64,000 nucleotides of DNA from Bacteroidales bacterium (GTDB taxonomy: Bacteria; Bacteroidota; Bacteroidia; Bacteroidales; FEN-979): assembly GCA_014860625.1 (NCBI GenBank), contig JACZJJ010000088.1:89443-153442 (forward strand). Direction: 5' to 3'. The notes under the pieces were generated by a model that saw only the letters and a program-made list of their open reading frames with translations, was not told the origin of the DNA and did no database searches. The position numbers and the translations under genes were made by a program. This document shows positions 57,013 through 64,000 of the stretch, piece after piece (the stretch's first letter is position 1; the number at the start of each line of letters is the position of its first letter).

Positions 57013-57069
57013 AGTGTCTTTGCATGCACTCTTCTATATACATGAATAGATCGACTCGTCTTCCGGCAT

Positions 57070-57077
57070 CAAAGATA
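57070..57077 (-). promoter_or_regulatory. Candidate -7 promoter box (TATCTTTG) for sucD, implying a 5'UTR of about 110 nt that contains the 7-mer array
   Basis: Exact TAnnTTTG on the minus strand. Confidence 0.35.
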
Positions 57078-57175
57078 TAGAATATGGGAGAAATATCGAA
57101 ACTATTCATAAAATTGGTCAAAGAGTTGTCGGTTTCAGGTATTTTCGTATTTCTTGTTTCGGTTTTCTTAATTCG

Positions 57176-57183
57176 TAATTTTG
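57176..57183 (+). promoter_or_regulatory. Candidate -7 promoter box (TAATTTTG), 4 nt upstream of the mnmE ATG
   Basis: TAATTTTG-tcat-ATG, an exact TAnnTTTG match. Confidence 0.4.
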
Positions 57184-57187
57184 TCAT

Positions 57188-58585
57188 ATGGCACTAAATG
57201 ATATCACCGACACTATCTGCGCACTCTCCACTGCACCGGGAACAGGAGCGATTGCCGTGATTCGTTTATCAGGCAAGGATGTTTATACCATTTGCAGTAA
57301 ACTATTTCGAGCGACTAACGCTGATTTCTCCTTTGACACCGCACTCCCCTATTCGATCCACCACGGGTATATCGCTGGAGGGGACCAGATCATTGACGAG
57401 GTTCTGATCAGCATCTTTAAAGCCCCCCAGTCCTATACCGGGGAGGATGTCATTGAAATTTCCTGTCATGGTTCGGAGTTTATCCAGCAACAAATCCTGG
57501 ATGCCCTTGTCAGTGAAGGATGCAGGCTGGCAAAACCAGGTGAATTTACTTTACGCGCTTTTCTGAACGGTAAGTTTGACCTCTCCCAGGCTGAAGCAGT
57601 TGCCGATCTGATTGCATCCTCGTCCCAATCTTCCCATGATCTTGCCCTGGCTCAGATGCGTGGAGGATTCTCAAAAAAAATCAAGGAGTTGCGGCAGAAA
57701 CTGGTGGATTTCACCTCATTGATTGAGTTGGAGCTGGACTTCAGTGAAGAAGAGGTGGAGTTTGCTTCACGTACTGAGTTTTACCGTCTGCTGGATGACC
57801 TGGAGACGGAACTTGCGGCACTGATTCAGTCATTTTCCCTGGGAAACGTCATTAAAAAAGGGATTCCGGTAGCAATCATCGGAAAACCCAATGTGGGAAA
57901 ATCAACCCTGCTAAACACCCTGCTAAATGAGGAAAAAGCCATTGTATCAGAGATTCCCGGAACCACCCGGGATGCCATTGAGGATACGATCGTGCTGGAA
58001 GGATTCAGTTTTCGCTTCATCGACACAGCCGGACTAAGGGCTTCCGAAGATCAGATCGAGACGATGGGAATTGACCGTACCTGGACAAAGATTGAAGAGG
58101 CCTCGATCATTCTCTATCTGTTTGATGCAACCAGAGATTCATACAAGGATGTGGAAACAGCGATATCTGAATTTGGTGAGGTTCTTGGTGACCCACAGAA
58201 ACGATTGATCTTGATCGGCAACAAGATGGACCTTCTCACAGAACTTCCTCATGGTTTTAAGAAGTTTGTTGAACATGAAACAATTTTTGTATCTGCCAAA
58301 CGCAAAGAGAACATCCATATGATTGCGGAGAGTCTCCTCAAGACTGTCAAAGAGCATCAAATCTCCGATGGTGCTGTAGTCTCAAACACACGTCACCTGG
58401 AAGCCCTACAAAAGGCGTTGGAAGCCATACTAAATGTCAGGGAAGGATTTCAGAACAAACTTCCTGCCGATCTGGCCGCAATCGATATCCGGCAGGCGCT
58501 TCACCACCTTGGAGAGATAACCGGCGAGATCACTACAGATGAGATCCTGGGGAATATTTTCGGGAGGTTCTGCATCGGAAAGTAA
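57188..58585 (+). CDS. mnmE: tRNA modification GTPase MnmE
   Basis: 465 aa. G1 GKPNVGKSTLLN, G3 DTAGLR, and the C-terminal CIGK tetrapeptide. Confidence 0.95.
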   Translation: MALNDITDTICALSTAPGTGAIAVIRLSGKDVYTICSKLFRATNADFSFDTALPYSIHHGYIAGGDQIIDEVLISIFKAPQSYTGEDVIEISCHGSEFIQQQILDALVSEGCRLAKPGEFTLRAFLNGKFDLSQAEAVADLIASSSQSSHDLALAQMRGGFSKKIKELRQKLVDFTSLIELELDFSEEEVEFASRTEFYRLLDDLETELAALIQSFSLGNVIKKGIPVAIIGKPNVGKSTLLNTLLNEEKAIVSEIPGTTRDAIEDTIVLEGFSFRFIDTAGLRASEDQIETMGIDRTWTKIEEASIILYLFDATRDSYKDVETAISEFGEVLGDPQKRLILIGNKMDLLTELPHGFKKFVEHETIFVSAKRKENIHMIAESLLKTVKEHQISDGAVVSNTRHLEALQKALEAILNVREGFQNKLPADLAAIDIRQALHHLGEITGEITTDEILGNIFGRFCIGK

Positions 58586-58591
58586 AAAAAA

Positions 58592-58612
58592 AGTCCCGCA
58601 AATTGCGGGACT
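58592..58612 (-). terminator. Hairpin terminator between mnmE and the cold-shock gene (the T run is on the minus strand)
   Basis: AGTCCCGC-aaatt-GCGGGACT. On the minus strand it is followed by TTTTTTTTT; on the plus strand only aaaaatc follows. Confidence 0.65.
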
Positions 58613-58642
58613 AAAAATCTTAAATGTTTCGATTATATTAAA

Positions 58643-58834
58643 CTATGCAAGTCTAACATTAACTGCATTTAATCCTTTTCTTCCTTCTTCCAAATCGAAT
58701 GTAACTTCGTCATTCTCGCGGATACTCTCTTTGAGTCCATTAGCATGTACGAAATACTCTTTGGGTGAATTTGAGTCTTTAATAAATCCGAATCCTTTGG
58801 ATTCATTGAAAAATTTAACTGTTCCTGTGTTCAT
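58643..58834 (-). CDS. Cold-shock protein (CspA family)
   Basis: 63 aa. GTVKFFNESKGFGFI RNP-1 motif. Confidence 0.9.
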   Translation of the reverse strand: MNTGTVKFFNESKGFGFIKDSNSPKEYFVHANGLKESIRENDEVTFDLEEGRKGLNAVNVRLA

Positions 58835-58883
58835 GATGTGATAATGTGATAATGTGATGTAAATGTAAATAAAAATTGTGGTG

Positions 58884-58891
58884 CAAAGATA
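58884..58891 (-). promoter_or_regulatory. Candidate -7 promoter box (TATCTTTG) for the cold-shock gene
   Basis: Exact TAnnTTTG on the minus strand, 49 nt upstream of the ATG at 58834. Confidence 0.4.
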
Positions 58892-58954
58892 CGCTTATTA
58901 ATTGAATTACAATCATGTCTATTTTTTTTAGTAATCTTGCACAAAAAATATCGC

Positions 58955-60508
58955 ATGAAACTATACACGATCTTCTTCGGGCTACTCATTTCTTTTTCCG
59001 GATTTAGTCAGCAATTATTCCTGAAAAACTACACCACTCCTCAGGAACTTGAATCCATCTTTGCCGCGCAAACACTGGACATTCATCATACAGGCAGTGA
59101 TTTCATCATCGCCACCACCCAGGATGATTTACCTTCCGGTGCTTTTGCACTGAGTTCAGATGCTTGGCTCAACGGGGCAAACTATTTCCTTGTCTGGCTT
59201 CCGCAGGAAAATACTCAAACCGCTCTGAAAGAGATCGCCAACCAGTACAACCTGCTTTACTCTGATAGCCAGAAGGCTATTGTGGGCAACTCAAGCGCGT
59301 CACAATCCGGGCCCCTCCCTTATGTTCACGGAGGCGTTGTAAGGATCTCCCCGTCATCTTCCTGGAAACCAACTGTGGTTGAAGACTCCAAATATGTCAT
59401 CGATACGTTTCCGGCAATCTACGACCTCATGGCGATGGTTGATACCGGTGAGTTCATGGCTACCATTCGACACCTTGAAAGCTATGGAACAAGAATGTTC
59501 TCAACTCCACAGGCTATTGAAGCACAGAACTGGATCAAGGCGAAGTTTGAGGAATACCCTGAACTCATTGTCGAATTGCAGGACTTCCCTTATGGATCGG
59601 GTTCCAGCGATAATGTGATTGCCACACTCCCCGGAAAAACATCTCCGGATGAATACATTGTTTTGGGCTCGCATTACGACTCCTTTGCCTGGGGGAGCAG
59701 CGCACCCGGAGCAGATGACAATGCTTCAGGAACAGCAGCAGTACTTGAACTCGCAAGGATCCTGAGTCAGTTTGAATTTGATAAAAGTCTTGTCTTTTGC
59801 ACCTTTTCAGCAGAAGAGGTGGGACTGGTCGGAAGTGAATACTATGCGTCCAATGCACAATCCCAGGGAATGGATATCCTGGGGTATTTCAATTTCGACA
59901 TGATCGGATACAGGAATGGGAACGACCCCATTCATACGGATATGATCGCACCGGCATCAGCTCTTGAACTGGTAAATTTTTACAAAGGAGTTGTTGCTAT
60001 CTACCTGCCTGATTTTGATGTTTTTGATGCACAATTATCAGGTGGCGACAGCGATCATACCTCATTTAACAACAACGGTTACATGGGGATCTTCCCATTT
60101 GAGGATGTGCCGAACTACAGTCCCTATATTCATACAGCCCAGGACCTCGTGGGTCCCAGTGTGAACAGTCCGGAGATGGCAGAGACATTCATTAAGGCCA
60201 ATCTGGCTTCGGTTGTTTCACTTTCAGTTCCGTATAACCCTGTGGGATTTGATGACCAGCCGAGCGAAATGAAAGTCCTCCATATCTTTCCGAACCCTGC
60301 TACATCAGCGGTAACGTTGAGTTCAATGAATCATGAGCCATTGAATGTGATCCTATTCTCGGGGATCGGACAAAAGGTTTTGGAGGTTACTGTAACCGGA
60401 CAACGTACAATCGATGTATCGTCGTTACCTTCCGGCGTTTACATCTTGCAGGCAATCTCATCTGCCGGTTCCGAATTTCACCGGCTCATTGTTGGCGCAA
60501 AGAGGTAA
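58955..60508 (+). CDS. M28-family aminopeptidase with a T9SS C-terminal domain
   Basis: The ORF track starts at a TTG at 58937; Met7 gives the signal peptide MKLYTIFFGLLISFSGFS. Motifs GSHYDS, DDNASGTAAVLELAR and FSAEEVGLVGS. C-terminal ...LPSGVYILQAISSAGSEFHRLIVGAKR. My hand count and the ORF track differ by 1 nt here, so I follow the ORF track. Confidence 0.8.
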   Translation: MKLYTIFFGLLISFSGFSQQLFLKNYTTPQELESIFAAQTLDIHHTGSDFIIATTQDDLPSGAFALSSDAWLNGANYFLVWLPQENTQTALKEIANQYNLLYSDSQKAIVGNSSASQSGPLPYVHGGVVRISPSSSWKPTVVEDSKYVIDTFPAIYDLMAMVDTGEFMATIRHLESYGTRMFSTPQAIEAQNWIKAKFEEYPELIVELQDFPYGSGSSDNVIATLPGKTSPDEYIVLGSHYDSFAWGSSAPGADDNASGTAAVLELARILSQFEFDKSLVFCTFSAEEVGLVGSEYYASNAQSQGMDILGYFNFDMIGYRNGNDPIHTDMIAPASALELVNFYKGVVAIYLPDFDVFDAQLSGGDSDHTSFNNNGYMGIFPFEDVPNYSPYIHTAQDLVGPSVNSPEMAETFIKANLASVVSLSVPYNPVGFDDQPSEMKVLHIFPNPATSAVTLSSMNHEPLNVILFSGIGQKVLEVTVTGQRTIDVSSLPSGVYILQAISSAGSEFHRLIVGAKR

Positions 60509-60517
60509 AATTCCAGG

Positions 60518-61327
60518 CTAGGGAAGCAGGCTTTTGAACTCCGCGTATCTGGCTTCAAAAAACTCCCCGTGAACTCCGCCTAATGCAAGGAACTCTTCGT
60601 CTATTTTTTCCAGTCTGTCTTCCGGAGAGGGGTGTGTACTAAGAAAAACCGGAGGATGCGGCTGATTCTGCATCATGACGAAAAAGTTGCGTAAGCTGGC
60701 CGCATCATATTCAGACGGATAGAGATACCGGACAGCATACCTGTCAGCTACATACTCGTTACTGCGGCTATATGCCAGCAAGCCGAGATTACCGGCGAGT
60801 GATGCAGCAATCTGACCCAGTTCATTGTGATTATTCCCCAGCACCAACTGAACCAAAAGATCCAATCCATACGTGATGGTCAATTGATCGGTTGTATGCC
60901 GGCGATCGGCATGTACCATCTCATGCGCCATCACACCGGCAAATTCGGCTTCGTTATCAAGCATTTTGATGAGGCCCGTATAGAAATACATATATCCGCC
61001 GGGAGTACAAAATGCGTTGATGACCGTATCATTATCTATAATGGTGCACCTCCAGGCAAACGTCTCTTTGTTACTCATCTCTGTGGCAGAGGCCAGAATG
61101 GTATTCCGGATTCTGTAGAGGTGGGCGTATGCTGTTACATTTTGTGCTGAATCGAGAATGGGAAACTCCTGGGGGTTTGCCCGTATCTCTCCATCTACCT
61201 GTATTCCGAGGCTGATGTCGTCGTTTACTGAGAAGAGATTGATGTTATCCCCTTTTGAACATCCTGATACCACAATAATCAGGGTAATAAGCATCATTCC
61301 CAGATAATATCTTCCGATTGTTTTCAT
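60518..61327 (-). CDS. M48-family metallopeptidase lipoprotein (BepA/YfgC-like)
   Basis: 269 aa. Lipobox VVSGCS. HExxH as MAHEMVHADRRH. Confidence 0.75.
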   Translation of the reverse strand: MKTIGRYYLGMMLITLIIVVSGCSKGDNINLFSVNDDISLGIQVDGEIRANPQEFPILDSAQNVTAYAHLYRIRNTILASATEMSNKETFAWRCTIIDNDTVINAFCTPGGYMYFYTGLIKMLDNEAEFAGVMAHEMVHADRRHTTDQLTITYGLDLLVQLVLGNNHNELGQIAASLAGNLGLLAYSRSNEYVADRYAVRYLYPSEYDAASLRNFFVMMQNQPHPPVFLSTHPSPEDRLEKIDEEFLALGGVHGEFFEARYAEFKSLLP

Positions 61328-61380
61328 ATAAAATGGTTTTAATTCAGGTAAAATTACCAGAAGTCCTATTTCTTTACAAA

Positions 61381-62016
61381 TCAGGGTGCCAATCGTTCAA
61401 TGAGCCACCCTCCATGCATCTGCCCATAATGAATCCGGTCGTGGAGGCGATGTTCCCGTCCTTGAAAAAATTCAAATTCTGTCGGGGCAACACGGTATCC
61501 GCCCCAGTTCTCCGGCATTGGTGGTGTTTCGTTCACATAGTTGTGTTTTGCCTCATCCCACCTTTTCGAAAGCCAAATCCGATCCTCAATGGCATCACTC
61601 TGCGGAGAGATCAGTGCACTAATCTGACTCTCAATTGGCCGGGAATAAAAATAGGCCGCAGACTCTTCCCGTGACATCCTCTGAGCAATCCCACATATCC
61701 GCACCTGGCGTTCAAGTTCTTTCCAGTAAAAAAGAAGGGAGACCTGATCATTTCCCATGATTTCCTGCCCCTTTCTGCTCGTGTAACTGGTAAAAAATAC
61801 AAATCCCTTCTCGTCCAGCTCTTTCAGAAGCACCATTCGACCCGAGGGGAAGCCTGAAGGACTCACAGTGGAGAGAGCCATTGCAGAAGCATCCTCTATC
61901 TCTGCTTCCAGAGCCTGATTGAGCCAGAGATGAAACTGCAGGAAAGGATCAGGGTTCACATCCTGTTTTGAAAGTGACATCCTGCAATACTCTCTTCTGA
62001 GGACTGAAAGGTTCAT
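61381..62016 (-). CDS. pdxH: Pyridoxamine 5'-phosphate oxidase
   Basis: Start taken at the ATG at 62016 (MNLSVLRREY), which the box at 62031-62038 supports. Motifs RMVLLKELDEKGFVFFT and WGGYRVAPTEFEFFQGREHRLHDR. Confidence 0.9.
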   Translation of the reverse strand: MNLSVLRREYCRMSLSKQDVNPDPFLQFHLWLNQALEAEIEDASAMALSTVSPSGFPSGRMVLLKELDEKGFVFFTSYTSRKGQEIMGNDQVSLLFYWKELERQVRICGIAQRMSREESAAYFYSRPIESQISALISPQSDAIEDRIWLSKRWDEAKHNYVNETPPMPENWGGYRVAPTEFEFFQGREHRLHDRIHYGQMHGGWLIERLAP

Positions 62017-62030
62017 AACTTTATTTAGAA

Positions 62031-62038
62031 CAAAGATA
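62031..62038 (-). promoter_or_regulatory. Candidate -7 promoter box (TATCTTTG) for pdxH
   Basis: Exact TAnnTTTG on the minus strand, 14 nt upstream of the ATG at 62016. Confidence 0.4.
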
Positions 62039-62048
62039 AATAAATTAT

Positions 62049-62056
62049 TATCTTTG
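62049..62056 (+). promoter_or_regulatory. Candidate -7 promoter box (TATCTTTG) for the CDGSH gene
   Basis: Exact TAnnTTTG 22 nt upstream of the ATG at 62079. Together with 62031-62038 it forms an inverted pair, CAAAGATA-N10-TATCTTTG. Confidence 0.4.
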
Positions 62057-62078
62057 TCCAAACTTAATTCCACAGACT

Positions 62079-62561
62079 ATGTCCAACCAAGTGACGGAGA
62101 CTGAGTTACAGGAGTTTAACAACGAGAACGTAAAGCGATACACCAACGGCGATATCACCGTTTATTGGCGACCAGGGAAGTGTATCCATTCCGCCAATTG
62201 CATCATTGGGCTTCCCGCTGTCTTCAATTCCCAGAAGCGTCCATGGATTAATATGACGGATGCCAACACCGACGAGGTGATAAAAACTGTCGACTCCTGC
62301 CCTTCCAGAGCCCTGCTATACAAGAACAATAAGGGGGCTGCTGCTCCTGACAAGGCCAAAGATCCTCCGACAGCAGGAAGTACAAGGGTTCAAATCCTGA
62401 AAAATGGTCCTGCCCTGATCTCAGGCGATTTCATAATTCGTGATGCCGACAATCAACAAATTGGAATTGAGACAGAGATTGCTGCTATCTGCCGGTGTGG
62501 GGCATCAAAAAAGAAACCTTTTTGCGATGGGAATCATACGCGGATCGGTTTTAAAGATTAG
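62079..62561 (+). CDS. Iron-sulfur protein: N-terminal divergent 4Fe-4S mono-cluster (DUF1271-like) domain fused to a C-terminal CDGSH domain
   Basis: 160 aa. The N-terminal part has ITVYWRPGKCIHSANCI...SCPSRAL. The C-terminal part has CRCGASKKKPFCDGNH, the CDGSH signature. Confidence 0.75.
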   Translation: MSNQVTETELQEFNNENVKRYTNGDITVYWRPGKCIHSANCIIGLPAVFNSQKRPWINMTDANTDEVIKTVDSCPSRALLYKNNKGAAAPDKAKDPPTAGSTRVQILKNGPALISGDFIIRDADNQQIGIETEIAAICRCGASKKKPFCDGNHTRIGFKD

Positions 62562-62588
62562 GATTCAGAAAAGTTAAATCTATTCATT

Positions 62589-63716
62589 ATGATCATAGGA
62601 ATTTTAAAAGTGGAGCTTCCCGAACGCAGGGTAGCCATGCTTCCTGAGACTATTGCTGCGCTTTGTAAGATGAATGTCGAGGTTCTCGTTGAGGATGGAG
62701 CAGGGCTCACAGCATTTGCATCGAACGTTGCTTACGAAGTAGCGGGAGCCCTGCTGGTTTCAAAAAAGGAGGTCATGGAAAAGGCAGGGATGATCATCAA
62801 GATCAATCCTCCCTCTCAGGAAGAGATGGATCAACTCAAAGAGGGTCAGCTGTTTCTTGCCGCTTTCTACCCCCTGTTCAACAAAGATCTGGTTCATGCC
62901 CTGGCCTCAAAAAAGGTGACCAGCTTCAGCATGGACATCGTTCCCAGAACCACCCGTGCGCAGGCGATGGATATTCTCTCTTCCATGGCAACGATATCAG
63001 GTTATAAGTCGGTTCTGACAGCTGCTCTCCTTCTGCCCAAATTCTTCCCGATGTTCATGACTGCAGCCGGAACCATTAAACCCGCAAAGTTGTTGATACT
63101 CGGAGCCGGAGTTGCCGGACTTCAGGCCGTGGCCACTGCCCGAAAACTGGGAGCTGTTGTTGAAGTGTTCGATGTTCGGGCTGCTGTAAAGGAAGAGGTG
63201 ATGGGCCTCGGAGCAAAGTTTGTAGAGGTTGAGGGAGCCATTGACGACAAGGCTGCAGGTGGTTATGCTGTTGAACAGACAGAAGATTTCAAAAAGAAAC
63301 AGGCTCAGGCCATTCACGATCATGCCGTTAAATCAGATGTAGTGATCTGTACCGCCCAGATCCCCGGCCGAAAGGCTCCTCTCCTTCTCACAAAAGATAC
63401 GGTTGAAGGAATGATGCCGGGAAGTGTAATCATAGACCTGGCTGCCTCAACCGGAGGTAATTGCGCATTGACAAAGGACAACGAAGTGGTGGAACACAAT
63501 GGAGTCACGATAGTGGGAGAGTCTTCATTTCCTGTATCCATGCCATCTGACGCCAGCAAAATGTTTGGTAAAAACATTTTCAACTTTTTGAAACTGATGT
63601 ACAACAGTAAGGATGAATTTAACCTGAACTGGGATGACGACCTGATCCTCGGAACTTGCGTAACACGCGACGGAGAGGTCGTAAACGAACGGGTTAAAGC
63701 AATCATGAACGCTTAA
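62589..63716 (+). CDS. pntA: NAD(P) transhydrogenase subunit alpha, part 1
   Basis: 375 aa. Alanine-dehydrogenase/PNT fold. NAD-binding LILGAGVAGLQA. Confidence 0.9.
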   Translation: MIIGILKVELPERRVAMLPETIAALCKMNVEVLVEDGAGLTAFASNVAYEVAGALLVSKKEVMEKAGMIIKINPPSQEEMDQLKEGQLFLAAFYPLFNKDLVHALASKKVTSFSMDIVPRTTRAQAMDILSSMATISGYKSVLTAALLLPKFFPMFMTAAGTIKPAKLLILGAGVAGLQAVATARKLGAVVEVFDVRAAVKEEVMGLGAKFVEVEGAIDDKAAGGYAVEQTEDFKKKQAQAIHDHAVKSDVVICTAQIPGRKAPLLLTKDTVEGMMPGSVIIDLAASTGGNCALTKDNEVVEHNGVTIVGESSFPVSMPSDASKMFGKNIFNFLKLMYNSKDEFNLNWDDDLILGTCVTRDGEVVNERVKAIMNA

Positions 63717-63727
63717 ACAGTAAAACA

Positions 63728-64000
63728 ATGGAAGAGGTATTACGATTTTTTTACGATAACAGGGAGTTGATATTTATTATCATCCTCTCTATTTTCCTTG
63801 GCATTGAGGTCATCTCGCATGTCCCCGCCGTCCTGCATACCCCGCTTATGTCGGGAGCTAATGCCATCCACGGAGTTGTGATCATTGGTGCCATCATTGT
63901 GATGGGCCATGCAGACAACATCCTTGCCATGGTGCTGGGCTTTATCGCAGTTGTATTGGGAACCTTAAATGTGGTTGGTGGCTTTGTTGTGACGGACCGC
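63728..64000 (+). CDS. NAD(P) transhydrogenase subunit alpha, part 2 (membrane part); the 3' end runs off the window
   Basis: My own translation from the ATG at 63728 gives MEEVLRFFYDNRELIFIIILSIFLGIEVISHVPAVLHTPLMSGANAIHGVVIIGAII... The conserved TPLMSGxNAIHG segment is present. There is no stop in the window. Confidence 0.8.
   Translation, partial: MEEVLRFFYDNRELIFIIILSIFLGIEVISHVPAVLHTPLMSGANAIHGVVIIGAIIVMGHADNILAMVLGFIAVVLGTLNVVGGFVVTDR

Noticed and set aside
56981-57187. 68-aa minus-strand ORF filling the sucD-mnmE spacer.
   Set aside because: Its start abuts the mnmE ATG (CATATG) and it overlaps the mnmE -7 box. The best sucD promoter box lies inside it. Its C-terminal part is a translation of the 7-mer repeats. 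No motif recognised.
1-64000. Search for mobile elements, prophage, defence islands, toxin-antitoxin pairs, biosynthetic gene clusters, rRNA/tRNA genes and pseudogenes.
   Set aside because: No transposase, integrase, recombinase, restriction, Cas or Abi-like motifs were seen. No long terminal repeats or composition shifts apart from the dnaA-upstream AT-rich gap. All large ORFs appear intact and are mostly recognisable housekeeping families, with a few conserved proteins of unknown function.

Overview
This is a gene-dense (about 90% coding) chromosomal segment from a member of Bacteroidota. The phylum call rests on four peptidases with T9SS-type C-terminal sorting domains, many exact TAnnTTTG (-7) promoter boxes, no obvious Shine-Dalgarno sequences, and the conserved bamD-rpoZ-coaBC-DUF4835-recN and serC-serA-DUF1015 gene orders.

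I support about 58 protein genes, almost all housekeeping:
- Replication, repair and information processing: dnaA, recN, lon, mnmE, prmC, L31 and a cold-shock protein.
- Biosynthesis and central metabolism: coaBC, dapA, pabABC, serCA, pdxH, yggS, fabG, sucD and pntA.
- Other: an ABC exporter pair, a PAS histidine kinase and several secreted or membrane peptidases.
- A 9-kb alpha-glucan (glycogen) cluster at 45586..54569.

I found no rRNA, tRNA, CRISPR array, transposase, integrase, prophage or recognisable defence or toxin module, and I cannot point to a convincing new multi-gene system. The signals most worth a second look are:
1. Short-period tandem repeat arrays that fill whole intergenic spacers and abut or slightly overlap the flanking stop codons: 9-bp units at 30218..30334 and 52539..52628, and 7-bp purine-rich units at 41371..41433 and 56957..57012, the last two sharing a 23/24-nt block.
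2. A recurring TAnnTTTG-N4/5-ATG arrangement that implies leaderless mRNAs for at least five genes.
3. A 1417-aa fusion of a eukaryote-type GT3 glycogen synthase to a GT35 alpha-glucan phosphorylase, next to a GH57 enzyme with a histone-H1-like Lys/Pro tail.
4. A 398-bp AT-rich gap upstream of dnaA that lacks canonical DnaA boxes.
5. A four-helix-bundle gene wedged into the serC-serA-DUF1015 cluster.

Coordinates I derived by hand-counting (repeats, promoter boxes) may be off by 1 nt. All homology statements come from recognising motifs by eye, not from searches.
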